A DNA stretch of 64,000 nucleotides from Candidatus Cloacimonadales bacterium (GCA_963674825.1 OY771587.1:928001-992000); one strand, 5' to 3'. Counted from the first letter of the stretch, positions 41,418 to 51,648 are shown. The notes: generated by a model not told the origin, from the letters alone. Made by a program: numbers and translations.

Positions 41418-42541
41418 CTGAACCACATCCAGCCAATTGTAACAAACGTGAATGTAACCAGCCCCATCAGGATCTGATAGCTCATCGCTTTGGGTGTCTT
41501 GATCTTACGCTGGCGCTTGTAATTCACCCAAAGCTGATACACAGCGATACCCACGCCGTGCCAGATTCCCCAATACATGAAGTTCCATGCTGCGCCATGC
41601 CACAAACCGCATGCAGCCATCGTGATGATCGGCACGCATACCAGAGACCAGAACTTTTTCCGGCTCACACGGCTCAGCGGGAAGAAAAGGTAATCCCGAA
41701 TCCACTCCGACAACGATATGTGCCAGGTAGCCCAAAAGCGACTCATGTTGGTACGGAAATAGGGATTATTGAAGTTCTCCATGATCTTCAAGCCCATAAT
41801 CCGTGAAGAACCGATCGCGATATCTGAATAACCCGCGAAGTCAGCATATATCTGAATGGAATACCCCAACAAAGCGACGATTCGCAGCCAGATTGACGCG
41901 CTGTCCCACCAGGGTTGAATGAAATAGCCAATCCAGTCGGCAATAACCAGTTTCTTGAACAAACCGTACACGATTCGCTGGAAACCGTACCAAACGTTCT
42001 GCCAGCTCTGGTGGTTCTCCTGCATCTGTGGTTGAAACCGTGAGAACCTCTCGATAGGCCCCGCAACGAAGATAGTGAACAGCGAACTATAGCTGAGAAG
42101 CTCGAAAAACGTACCGCGTTTGGTGATCTTCCAGTTGAGATCAGCAAGATAGCTGATGTGTTTGAAGGTCAGATAGGAAATACCCAACGGCAGAAGCAGA
42201 TTCTCAATTTTAAAATCGGGAAGGCTGGACACGAATTGAGTTAGTTGACTCAGTGTTCCGGTAAGCAGTCCGAGGTATTTGAAGACAATCAACGAACCGA
42301 GTACGCCCAGGATGCCGATTTTCAGGAAAACTGGTTTTTTAAAACGCTCCAGAAGCCAGGCAAACAAATACGTCCAGATCGTCAGACACACCGTAACAAT
42401 GGCTGCCGATCGATCCAGATAGGCGATAAATCCCAGACTCGCAACGCTCAGGAACGCAGCCCGTACGTGTCGCCATGGAATTGCGCGAAACAAGAGGGCA
42501 ACCAAGATCAGATAGGCGAAAAAATGAATGCTAACGATCAT
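41414..42541 (-). CDS. MBOAT O-acyltransferase (DltB/AlgI-like)
   Basis: PLGISYLTF, AGPIER, YADFAGYSDIAIG, ENFNNPY, FWATWHISLS, GLWHG. Confidence 0.93.
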   Translation of the reverse strand: MIVSIHFFAYLILVALLFRAIPWRHVRAAFLSVASLGFIAYLDRSAAIVTVCLTIWTYLFAWLLERFKKPVFLKIGILGVLGSLIVFKYLGLLTGTLSQLTQFVSSLPDFKIENLLLPLGISYLTFKHISYLADLNWKITKRGTFFELLSYSSLFTIFVAGPIERFSRFQPQMQENHQSWQNVWYGFQRIVYGLFKKLVIADWIGYFIQPWWDSASIWLRIVALLGYSIQIYADFAGYSDIAIGSSRIMGLKIMENFNNPYFRTNMSRFWATWHISLSEWIRDYLFFPLSRVSRKKFWSLVCVPIITMAACGLWHGAAWNFMYWGIWHGVGIAVYQLWVNYKRQRKIKTPKAMSYQILMGLVTFTFVTIGWMWFR

Positions 42542-42548
42542 GAGATGA

Positions 42549-42779
42549 TCAGTACCTTTCGATGATTTCGATCATCTGCTTGACGGTATCGAATGATTCC
42601 GCAGTGATAACCGGTGCAGGTACCCTTTTCCCGAACTCTGTCTCGATAAACTGCTGAAGCGACACCAGCGAAAAGGAATCGATCAATCCCGATGAGATCA
42701 ACTTCGTATCTTCGTCGATGACGACATCGTCGTCTTCCACAAACTCGTCATAGATAAATTCAATCAGTTTCTCTTTCAT
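42549..42779 (-). CDS. Acyl carrier protein (DltC-like, ACP2)
   Basis: LISSGLIDSFSLVSL; paralog of 3752-4009. Confidence 0.9.
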   Translation of the reverse strand: MKEKLIEFIYDEFVEDDDVVIDEDTKLISSGLIDSFSLVSLQQFIETEFGKRVPAPVITAESFDTVKQMIEIIERY

Positions 42780-42864
42780 AGAATTCTCCTTTGGATGAAA
42801 CCTTCAATCCTCTTTCTTTGCCTTTCTGTCAAGACTTTCCTGTGGTCTTGATGTCAATGCATTT

Positions 42865-43899
42865 TTATTCTACATGCGCCTTATTAGTTGTTGATACAGA
42901 GGGCAATTCATCGGTGTCTCGTGTCATTAAAAAAGTTTTTTGAAATGCAACGTTAAGAAATTCACCAAGCTTTGCATTGCCTTCACGTGTAAGGTGGCCA
43001 TCCCCATTGAAACGAGATTCTGGTTTTAAAATCTCTTCATTGTATTCGTAATTAATGCCATTCATCCGGCAGAAGCTATCAAGTAATTCATTTGCCTCAT
43101 GGCAATCATTAAAAGAAACAAGCAGAAAATCTTTACCATATGTTCTTTGAAATTGTAACAGAGATTCCTTTAGTGCATCAGATAACTCTGGAGTACAAGG
43201 AACTTCACTATACCCATCAGCTATTTCATTATTCACTTCTCTTATACGTTTTGGAAGCGACATTATCGATCGCGCAATCAGATTAATGAAGCTGGAATGG
43301 TGACGTACTTGAGCAGCTAGGCGATATAATCTTGAATACCCGATTTCCTCTCCAAAACGCTCTGGGAGAGTGAAATCTAATGGATATTCATGCCGTTTCA
43401 GCCATTCGTCATACGTACCCTCTATTGCCAGAATGATTTTATCAGGTTCATAGAATTTTGAATAAAATTGAGTCTTGAACCACAATGTATACGGATCATT
43501 TCCTGAGCCTCCTAGGTTGAGAACGCTATAGTCAGGATATTGCTGCTTCAACTCCTTATCGAATACTGACGTAGCTGTTTCTGTTCTACTGACCTGAAAT
43601 GCTTCGATGAACGACGAACCAATCAAGAAAATGTACCGATGATAGGTACTGGAATCAAAATCGGGGCCATTCAATCCGATATTATTCAATTTGAATTTTC
43701 TATTACCACCCTCAACATTCCAGAATTCATAATACGCATCATGTATTTTTATTTTCTGAGTTTTCGCACCATCTCTTCGATAAACAAACTGCCGGCTACT
43801 AAAACCAACAGGATAATTTACTGCAAACCGAACCAGTAGTTCAACAACAATCAAAGCGGTTAATGCTCCCAAGAAAATTAACAATATCTTTCTGATCAT
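42865..43899 (-). CDS. Membrane-anchored SGNH-like acyltransferase (DltD/AlgJ-like), copy 1
   Basis: N-terminal TM, LIGSSFIE, NLGGSG, DGHLTREGN; paralog of 40437-41417. Confidence 0.75.
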   Translation of the reverse strand: MIRKILLIFLGALTALIVVELLVRFAVNYPVGFSSRQFVYRRDGAKTQKIKIHDAYYEFWNVEGGNRKFKLNNIGLNGPDFDSSTYHRYIFLIGSSFIEAFQVSRTETATSVFDKELKQQYPDYSVLNLGGSGNDPYTLWFKTQFYSKFYEPDKIILAIEGTYDEWLKRHEYPLDFTLPERFGEEIGYSRLYRLAAQVRHHSSFINLIARSIMSLPKRIREVNNEIADGYSEVPCTPELSDALKESLLQFQRTYGKDFLLVSFNDCHEANELLDSFCRMNGINYEYNEEILKPESRFNGDGHLTREGNAKLGEFLNVAFQKTFLMTRDTDELPSVSTTNKAHVE

Positions 43900-44022
43900 C
43901 TTCCAATTTATTCCCTATCTACAAATTTCCCTATTCTATACATACTATTCACTTAGCCTACCTTAAGACAAGTATACATTTCTTTGAAATACAAAATGAG
44001 TTATATGTCAAGCGGTTTGTTC

Positions 44023-45687
44023 TCAATTGCTACAACTCGATGATTCAATCAGTTCCAGCATGCCGTCAGTTACACGGTACACCTTGTCGCATATATCGAG
44101 GAATGCATGGTTGTGAGATGTGATGATAACGATCCGGTCTCTGGAGAACGCTTTCACCGATTCCAGAATAATCTCCTCGGTCTGCTTATCAACATTGGAG
44201 GTCGGCTCGTCAAGTATCAACAGCTTCGGATCTTTGACCAACGCCCGTGCGATGGCAATACGCTGTTTTTCCCCCACAGAGATCCCTGTTCCACTCGGAC
44301 CAAACATCGTATTATACTGCTCCGGTAGATTCAGGATGAATCCATCCGCACCTGCAAGTTCGGCAGCTTTACGGACTTCCTCATCGGTGGCATTTGGTTT
44401 TCCAAAGCGGATGTTCTCGTAAACGCTGTCGTGAAGAAGCACCGGCTCCTGCTCCACGTAGGCAGCGATATAGCGCAAAGCCGCAGTCTGGTTCTTCTTC
44501 AACGTACGGTTTTCGTTGATCGTCACGCTACCGTCGATCGGCTCGTAAAGGCCTATCAGGTTCATCAGGAGGCAAGACTTCCCGCAGCCGGAGTGTCCGA
44601 CGAGCCCGATCACCTCGTTTTTGTGGAACGTCGCGTCTTTCACCGTAACGACCGACTTCACGGAGTCGTAAGAGCAGGCGAAGTCCTCGAATCGCAGTTC
44701 GTTTATATCACCCGGATTCTCGCCAATATACTCCGGCTCGTCATTGCAGAGCTCGTTCATTCGCTCGAGTGCTGGAATGCTCTTCTGGATGTTGTTAATC
44801 TGCGAAATCATCTCCATCGCCGGTTCGCTAACCAACGAGTAGTATGAGATATACGCCACTAATTGACCGATGGTTAGCTGATCATGCATGATATACCATG
44901 CTCCCAAACCCAGGATCAACACCGATCTGGAAGTCGTATAAAAAGCCATGAAAAATCCCTGATATGCCCCGATGTTAATTACAGGCTGGAAGGCCTTGAA
45001 GAATCGGGCGATACCATCATGCCAGTATGAAAGCACCTTCTGGTGATTCATGTAAAGCTTGGCAAATGGCGCCCAGATAATGGCATTCTGCATATAGCCG
45101 TTCAACTTTCCGAAGTACTCCAAGATCTTTGCATATCGATTACGCACCGCATCACCGAAGAAATACAAAATGATCAGCACGAATGCAAGATACGACAGTG
45201 TAATAACCGACATCAACCAGTTCATCTGGATCAGCAGAATGCATCCGATCACGATGACAATAACAGCTTTCAAGATGTGGATAGCCTGGTCTGCAAGCAT
45301 GCTCGAAAGCTGATGTGTGTCGTTGTTGATCCTGCCTACCCAGTACCCGACATCGTTTTTCTTTAGATTACTCATCGGCGTACGAATCAAGTTCTCTACC
45401 GCCATACTCTTGATCGAAAAGAGGATCTTCCAGTTGAAGAATGACCCGAATTTAGTCCGACAGAAGACAAGAAAGCTCCGCACGAAGGCAAAGAGCAGAA
45501 GCACAGCCATCAGGTTGATCATCTGCTGCCAGTCTTTGGATGGAATTGCGAAATCGATTACACGCTGGGTGATGTAAGGCGTAGCATATGCTAGAATCGA
45601 TGTGAAGAGAACCAGAAAGAAGAAGTAGAGGTAAAATCCGATGTATTTACGAGTGATCAAGAACAGAATGTTGGATTTCTGCTTCAT
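44023..45687 (-). CDS. ABC exporter, fused permease/ATPase
   Basis: 6-TM domain, GHSGCGKS, ISVGEKQR, LDEPTS. Confidence 0.9.
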   Translation of the reverse strand: MKQKSNILFLITRKYIGFYLYFFFLVLFTSILAYATPYITQRVIDFAIPSKDWQQMINLMAVLLLFAFVRSFLVFCRTKFGSFFNWKILFSIKSMAVENLIRTPMSNLKKNDVGYWVGRINNDTHQLSSMLADQAIHILKAVIVIVIGCILLIQMNWLMSVITLSYLAFVLIILYFFGDAVRNRYAKILEYFGKLNGYMQNAIIWAPFAKLYMNHQKVLSYWHDGIARFFKAFQPVINIGAYQGFFMAFYTTSRSVLILGLGAWYIMHDQLTIGQLVAYISYYSLVSEPAMEMISQINNIQKSIPALERMNELCNDEPEYIGENPGDINELRFEDFACSYDSVKSVVTVKDATFHKNEVIGLVGHSGCGKSCLLMNLIGLYEPIDGSVTINENRTLKKNQTAALRYIAAYVEQEPVLLHDSVYENIRFGKPNATDEEVRKAAELAGADGFILNLPEQYNTMFGPSGTGISVGEKQRIAIARALVKDPKLLILDEPTSNVDKQTEEIILESVKAFSRDRIVIITSHNHAFLDICDKVYRVTDGMLELIESSSCSN

Positions 45688-45824
45688 TGCGTCCTCTTAT
45701 CGATCATGAAGAAATACAGGTTTAACTTCCAAGTGTGCTGTACTCATCTGCTTGCCCCAAAAATGGGGAATCAACATTCTCAGCCGGACATCCAGAAGTT
45801 GATTTTATAATCGTTGTGAGGCTT

Positions 45825-47003
45825 TTACAGCAGTCCTACTTCCTTGCCCACCATGTAGAATTTTTCCAGCGCGAAATCGAGCTGCTCACGGGTGTGCGTG
45901 GCCATGAAGCTGCAACGGATCAGCGTGTCGTTCGGCGCAACAGCCGGCGGGATCACCGGGTTGATAAAGACGCCTTCTTCGTCCAGACGCTTCCACATTT
46001 GGAATGCGGTCATCATCTCGCCCACATGCAGCGGGATCACCGGTGTGTTGGAGGTTCCGGTCTCGTAACCCATATCCTTGAATGATTTTAGCATGTAGTT
46101 GGTGTTTTCCCAGAGCTTTTCGATTCGCTCCGGTTCGCTCTCGATGATGTCCAGCGCAGCGAGCACGGATGCTGCTGATGCAGGTGGTAGTGACGCGCTG
46201 AAAATGAGCGCGCGTGAGAAATGCTTGAGATAGTGTATAATTTCTTCATCCGCGGCGATAAATCCGCCCACGGAGGCAAGTGATTTGCTGAAAGTACCCA
46301 TGATGATCTCGGTGTCATTCACCGCGTCGAAATAGCGAGCGCATCCAGCGCCGCTTTCGTGCAAGACGCCCAGCGAGTGCGCTTCATCGATCATCAGACC
46401 AAAGTTGTATTTCTTCTTAAGTTCGAGGATTCCGGGGATATCCGCGATGTCGCCTTCCATGCTGAAGATACCATCCACCACGACAAGCGCATTAGCGCCT
46501 TCAGCCTTGATCAGAGTCTTTTCAAGGCTTTCGATGTCGTTGTGATTGTAGCGCAGCATCTTACCCATGGAGAGCCGGCAGCCATCGATAATGGAAGCAT
46601 GATCGAGCTTATCGGTGACGATGAATTCGTTCTTGTTCACGATCGCGGAAATCGCACCAACATTCGCCTGATATCCAGTGGCGAATACAAGAGCTGCCTC
46701 TTTGCCCACGAACTGTGCCAGTCTTTTCTCCAGCTCGATGTGAATATCAAGCGTACCGTTCAGAAACCGAGATCCGGCGCAACCGGAGCCATATTTGTCG
46801 ATTGCATCCTGCGCAGCCTTCTTGACTTTCGGATGTGTAGTAAGACCCAGATAGCTGTTGGAGCCCATCATCAGCATTTTCTTGCCGTTGACCAGCACTT
46901 CAGTTTCCTGCTCGGTGGAGATAATACGAAAGTACGGATAGTAACCCAGCGCCATGACTTCTCTGGCGCGCGTGAAATTCTTGCATTTGTCTATGATACT
47001 CAT
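45825..47003 (-). CDS. spt: Serine palmitoyltransferase-like alpha-oxoamine synthase
   Basis: YPYFR, GSNSYLGLT, GSGCAGSRFLNGTLDIH, GTFSKSLAS; resembles Bacteroidota SPT more than BioF or Kbl. Confidence 0.7.
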   Translation of the reverse strand: MSIIDKCKNFTRAREVMALGYYPYFRIISTEQETEVLVNGKKMLMMGSNSYLGLTTHPKVKKAAQDAIDKYGSGCAGSRFLNGTLDIHIELEKRLAQFVGKEAALVFATGYQANVGAISAIVNKNEFIVTDKLDHASIIDGCRLSMGKMLRYNHNDIESLEKTLIKAEGANALVVVDGIFSMEGDIADIPGILELKKKYNFGLMIDEAHSLGVLHESGAGCARYFDAVNDTEIIMGTFSKSLASVGGFIAADEEIIHYLKHFSRALIFSASLPPASAASVLAALDIIESEPERIEKLWENTNYMLKSFKDMGYETGTSNTPVIPLHVGEMMTAFQMWKRLDEEGVFINPVIPPAVAPNDTLIRCSFMATHTREQLDFALEKFYMVGKEVGLL

Positions 47004-47050
47004 ACGGAATCCATGTTGTTTGATTGTTCGTATTTATTCAGGTTATCTCA

Positions 47051-48118
47051 TCAGATTATCTCGAATTCCTTAAGATTCTTATACATGACCATCACGAGGC
47101 CACGGACAAGAAACACGCCTGGAACCGATAAAAACATTCCTAAAATTCCAAACAGATACCCACCGGCAATAACTGTCAACATGATTATTAACGGGTGCAT
47201 CTCTGTTTTGTTTCCGATAACAATAGGATAGATGAAGTTATTGTCCAGCACTTGTACAAGCGCCATACCTCCAGCAACCCACAGGATCATGATTGGATCT
47301 TGCCCGGAAATCAGCACGGACGACACTGCCAGAATGGTTCCAATCCACGGGCCGAAATAGGGAATCGCGTTGGCAAACCCGGCGACGATGCCTATCAGAA
47401 GCGAATATTTCACACCGAAGACTGTCAACACAATGGTCGCGAGAATGCCTACAATGATAATCTCGATGAGCAGTGCACGCATGTAGGTACCAATGATGTC
47501 ATCAATCTTTTCCAGCATAATGAGAGTCAGCTCGAAGTAGCGATTGGGGATTATTTTAAGAAACCAGCTCTTGATCGATTCTTCGTCCTTGAGCAGGAAA
47601 AAGCCCACAATCGGGATCGCAACGATGAATGACATCAGCGTAATAAATACCCGAACCAGATCACCCAGGTTGGACAGCAGACCGGTCGTCTGGCGTTCTA
47701 CGAAACCGACGATCTTCTCCTGCACCTGATCCATGGGGATGCCCAGCTTACCTTCCAGTTGTCCGAAGAATTTATCGACGTGCTCCATCACCTTTAGTTT
47801 TGACGTCAATGGTTCACCTTGCTGCATGAACATTCTTAGCGACGAGCCTATTTCTTGGGCTTGATCAATCACGGCCGGAATCAGAAACCACATACCGGCA
47901 AAAATGATCAGTATGAATAGCGAATAGACAATGATGATCGCTACCAGACGATTGATTCTCCAGCTTTCCAGCATGGTGGTCAGCGGCTTCAGAAGATACG
48001 CGAAGATCAATCCCGCAATAAGATAAGAGAGAATACGCGAATAGAAAATAATCCCGAGGACAACCAATATCAGAACGAATCCGTAGAATACGGAGCGGAC
48101 AGTTCTACTCTTGTTCAT
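47051..48118 (-). CDS. AI-2E family transporter
   Basis: AYLLKP, IPYFGP, HPLIIM..GG.LFGILG. Confidence 0.88.
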   Translation of the reverse strand: MNKSRTVRSVFYGFVLILVVLGIIFYSRILSYLIAGLIFAYLLKPLTTMLESWRINRLVAIIIVYSLFILIIFAGMWFLIPAVIDQAQEIGSSLRMFMQQGEPLTSKLKVMEHVDKFFGQLEGKLGIPMDQVQEKIVGFVERQTTGLLSNLGDLVRVFITLMSFIVAIPIVGFFLLKDEESIKSWFLKIIPNRYFELTLIMLEKIDDIIGTYMRALLIEIIIVGILATIVLTVFGVKYSLLIGIVAGFANAIPYFGPWIGTILAVSSVLISGQDPIMILWVAGGMALVQVLDNNFIYPIVIGNKTEMHPLIIMLTVIAGGYLFGILGMFLSVPGVFLVRGLVMVMYKNLKEFEII

Positions 48119-48608
48119 CGGTGATCTCGCGGAGCTTTTTGTTCGTCTCCACCACATTGTTGCTCAGTCCTTTGCCGAGTTCGTACACGATCTTGACGCC
48201 GATGCGGGGATATTTGTCGATCATATCCTGGAAATCGACCTTGGAAACGGCGAGCAAAATTGTGTCTTCAGATGCTATAGCTGTGGCGGTACGACTTGTT
48301 TCGATGAAAAGACCGATCTCGCCAAAAAACGATTGTGGATTCAACTCTGCAAGCTTGATCGGGTCACCATCTTCCTGCTCCAGAACGATATCGACTTTCC
48401 CACGTTTGACAATGTAGAGCACTGCGTGAGGATAACCTTCTCGGAAAATCACTTCTCCGGGTTTATACTCCCGCTGATGCATGAGCCGTGAGAAAATCTT
48501 CAGCTCGTAGTGGTTCAGATGCTTCAGAAAATCGATTTCGCGTAAGAAACGCGTATCGTGCTTATTACCGTCTTTGTCCTTCGTCTTGAGCAGACAGAAG
48601 ATTCCCAT
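48105..48608 (-). CDS. Cyclic-nucleotide-binding domain protein
   Basis: GEVIFREG, FFGEIGL, RTATAIA. Confidence 0.9.
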   Translation of the reverse strand: MGIFCLLKTKDKDGNKHDTRFLREIDFLKHLNHYELKIFSRLMHQREYKPGEVIFREGYPHAVLYIVKRGKVDIVLEQEDGDPIKLAELNPQSFFGEIGLFIETSRTATAIASEDTILLAVSKVDFQDMIDKYPRIGVKIVYELGKGLSNNVVETNKKLREITDEQE

Positions 48609-48618
48609 GCTACCCCCT

Positions 48619-49206
48619 CTACAGAATGAATTTCAGTGAATGGGCGACACCGAGTGTGATCGATGTGACCACTACGCCGGCAATGAGTACTCCTATAAAG
48701 ATACAGGCGATTGACTTCCAGAACTTCAACCCCAACAGATACGCCGCAAACGATCCTGTCCAAGCGCCCGTTACCGGAAGCGGTATGGCGACGAACAAAA
48801 TCAGGCCCAGCTCTTCGTATTTCTCAACGACGGCGCTGCGCTTGCGGGTACGTGTAAAGATCCACTCGAGAAATCGTTTCGACCATTGATAACGAAAACC
48901 GATCTTGGTAATCCAATCCAGAAAGATCAAGAGGAAAAAGATGGGAACCATGTTTCCAACGACGCTCAGCAGGTATACCTTCCACCACGCGAGGTCAAAA
49001 AACTCGATTCCAATCGGGATGGAACCGCGAAGCTCGAAGATTGGGAGAAATGAAATCAGACAAACGATGCTCTCTGACGACATCCCGGTCTGCTCAAGCT
49101 TTGCCACGAATCGCGTCTTCCAGCCAGCCTCATGAGCTGGAGCTTCCTCCGCAAACATGGGTATCAATATGCAAATCAGAACGATTAGTAAAACTACTCT
49201 TGCCAA
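48619..49206 (-). CDS. Small multidrug export (COG2426) family membrane protein
   Basis: PIFELRGSIP, LFVAIPLPVTGAWTG; TTG start overlapping the pcm end. Confidence 0.82.
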   Translation of the reverse strand: MARVVLLIVLICILIPMFAEEAPAHEAGWKTRFVAKLEQTGMSSESIVCLISFLPIFELRGSIPIGIEFFDLAWWKVYLLSVVGNMVPIFFLLIFLDWITKIGFRYQWSKRFLEWIFTRTRKRSAVVEKYEELGLILFVAIPLPVTGAWTGSFAAYLLGLKFWKSIACIFIGVLIAGVVVTSITLGVAHSLKFIL

Positions 49207-49847
49207 CCTTCTTCTCCCACAAGCGGAACAAATGCGCATCCGCCCCACTTTTCCTGTATGAATTCGCCGTTTTGGCGTGTGATGCAGATTAATTCCTGTA
49301 CATAGCGCGATCCCGCGGGAATGACCAGTCTACCGCCCTCGGCAAGCTGCTCCAGCAACGGCTGAGGAATCTTTGGCGCTGCGGCTGCGACCACGATGCG
49401 ATCAAACTCGTTTACAGGTGGATAGGCCTTTTCCCAGCCTCGCGTCCCATCGCCGACGCGAAAATGGATATTCTCGTAGCCCATCGTTGTCAAGGTGCGC
49501 TTGGCACGTCTGAGGAGTGGATCAATGCGCTCGACGGTGTAGACTTCTTTCACCAGTTCTGCCAAAAGCGCGGTTTGGTAACCACTGCCGGTGCCGATCT
49601 CCAGCACCCGGTGCTCCGGTTCGAGCTCGAGCAAGCTGAGCATGAGCGATACGATGTAGGGTTGCGAGATTGTCTGCCCCTCTCCGATCGAAAGCGGATG
49701 ATCAGCATAAGAATGCATCTTGAAATCGTCTGGGACAAATTCTTCGCGCGGAACCTTCATGAAGGCCGCCAGCACTTTTACGTCACTGATCCCGCGAGCT
49801 TCCAGGTTATCGCGAACCATGATGCGACGTTGATCTTCAAACTTCAT
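49194..49847 (-). CDS. pcm: Protein-L-isoaspartate O-methyltransferase
   Basis: GQTISQPYIV, VLEIGTGSGYQ, FVPLVG. Confidence 0.96.
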   Translation of the reverse strand: MKFEDQRRIMVRDNLEARGISDVKVLAAFMKVPREEFVPDDFKMHSYADHPLSIGEGQTISQPYIVSLMLSLLELEPEHRVLEIGTGSGYQTALLAELVKEVYTVERIDPLLRRAKRTLTTMGYENIHFRVGDGTRGWEKAYPPVNEFDRIVVAAAAPKIPQPLLEQLAEGGRLVIPAGSRYVQELICITRQNGEFIQEKWGGCAFVPLVGEEGWQE

Positions 49848-50622
49848 CCGGGTCCTCCGGCTGCTCGAAGAGATCGACGTTGTCTATCCAACGAGAGATG
49901 GGCTTCACTGTATTGTCGCACATGAAGTCCGGATAGAGCGGTGAAATAGAGATACTTCCTGCGTGAACGCAGGCGAAATCGGTACCGTCGTCTTTTGACC
50001 AGTACTGGATATCGCCACCGACGATGTAGGACATATTGCCCTCTTCGTCGATACACTCTCGAACAAAATTTCGGTAGTGGCGATGCCCGGGACGGGTCAA
50101 CTGAATTCCCCTGACCTGATCCCGTGGAAGATTAGGGACATTGATATTGATAATGTTTTCTTCTCCAACCAGGTCGGCTATTCCTCGCTCAAGCATCTCG
50201 GCGATATACCAAGCAGCAGTCTCGAAATGTTGATCCTTATAATCCTGAATGGACACGGCAATAGATTTCCAACCGAGAAACATCGCTTCCAGCGCGGCGG
50301 CGACAGTTCCCGAATAGAGGATATCCTCACCCATGTTCTGCCCGGAATTGATACCGCTGATAACAATATCCGGATCCTGCTTGAGAATCATCTGCTGCGC
50401 CATGAACACGCAATCAACCGGGGTACCCGTGACCGCGTGACGGTCAGTACCACGATTCTGGACATATAGCGGTTTACGGATTGTAATGGAATGAGACGAC
50501 GCGCTGCGCTCGCTTTCCGGTGCGACCATGATCACATGATGTCCGCGCTTCTTGAGCTCTTCCGCCAGGACGTTGATCCCGATCGCGTCAATCCCGTCAT
50601 CGTTCGTTAATAATATACGCAA
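49837..50622 (-). CDS. surE: 5'/3'-nucleotidase SurE
   Basis: ILLTNDDG, GTPVDCV, SGINSGQN, YSGTVAAA. Confidence 0.96.
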   Translation of the reverse strand: MRILLTNDDGIDAIGINVLAEELKKRGHHVIMVAPESERSASSHSITIRKPLYVQNRGTDRHAVTGTPVDCVFMAQQMILKQDPDIVISGINSGQNMGEDILYSGTVAAALEAMFLGWKSIAVSIQDYKDQHFETAAWYIAEMLERGIADLVGEENIININVPNLPRDQVRGIQLTRPGHRHYRNFVRECIDEEGNMSYIVGGDIQYWSKDDGTDFACVHAGSISISPLYPDFMCDNTVKPISRWIDNVDLFEQPEDPDEV

Positions 50623-50645
50623 TGATCTATCCTTTCAAGATGTTA

Positions 50646-50960
50646 TTACATAAACTTCTGCATCACAACCAGCCCGACAAGAACCATCACGATCACGACA
50701 GCGACGATACTGATCAGCCTTCCATGCCGCCTGAAGATCCGCGACCACGAAGCTGGCCTTGCCATCTCGATCCCGCTGCCATGAAGCACGCGATAAGCCT
50801 TTTGTGTCGGTAGAATCCACTTGACCTTACCCCGTTTTGTCAAATAGGGCATATAGCCTCTTTGGAGGAGATATTGTTTATTCTCGTCGCTGATGTTGGT
50901 TACTTCATCAGGGCTGAGAAACTGGTCTCTTTCTTGTTCCTTCATATAGAATGACTCCAA
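50646..50960 (-). CDS. Hypothetical protein with C-terminal TM anchor
   Basis: Co-oriented between GT2 and surE; hydrophobic C-terminus. Confidence 0.55.
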   Translation of the reverse strand: MESFYMKEQERDQFLSPDEVTNISDENKQYLLQRGYMPYLTKRGKVKWILPTQKAYRVLHGSGIEMARPASWSRIFRRHGRLISIVAVVIVMVLVGLVVMQKFM

Positions 50961-51627
50961 GGAAATTCATAATATCCCGAACGTGTCGGATATGGCTGGG
51001 CTGGTCGTTGTAGATCGTGCTGATAGGTATATGTGCAACGACGGCACCCTTTCGAACGTATTCGAAGAGGATCTCTGTCTCCAGCTGATATCGCTCGGTA
51101 CGCAGGATGCATCCCTTGAGGGGTTCGAGTCCATAAAGACGGTACCCGCTCTGCGAATCACATATCCTCGTGCCGGACATCAGCGTCACGATCAGACTGG
51201 TAAGAGTGTTGCTCGCGACACGGGCCATGGGCATACCGCTACGAAAGAACGCGCGTTTGCCAAGAACCAGATCAGCGTTCGCTTCCCGTTGTTTGATCAG
51301 AAAGCGTTCCATCTGGTCTGGATGGTGCTGCATGTCGCTGTCCATCGTCAGCACAAATTCGAATCCCTGCCTCATCGCGAGGTTGAACCCCACCTTGAGA
51401 GCAGAACCCTTGCCGCGGTTGCGATGCATACGGTGAAGCTGTACGCCGTGGTCGAGGCAGATATCCGCCGAGTCGTCCGAAGAGGCATCATCCACACAGA
51501 TAACGTTCTCCGCGGACGTATTCGCCAAGACGCCCCAGAGCAGTTCCGGAAGCGTCTCACCGGCGTTATAGACCGGTATCACAACCGCAGTGTTTTCCCA
51601 GCTTGCCTGCATATTTTTTCGTTCCAA
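50908..51627 (-). CDS. Glycosyltransferase family 2 (DPM-synthase-like)
   Basis: VIPVYNA, VDDASSD, NRGKG, TMDSDMQH, DSQSGYR. Confidence 0.9.
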   Translation of the reverse strand: MERKNMQASWENTAVVIPVYNAGETLPELLWGVLANTSAENVICVDDASSDDSADICLDHGVQLHRMHRNRGKGSALKVGFNLAMRQGFEFVLTMDSDMQHHPDQMERFLIKQREANADLVLGKRAFFRSGMPMARVASNTLTSLIVTLMSGTRICDSQSGYRLYGLEPLKGCILRTERYQLETEILFEYVRKGAVVAHIPISTIYNDQPSHIRHVRDIMNFLGVILYEGTRKRPVSQP

Positions 51628-51648
51628 GCGATTTATTTCATGCGCGGA

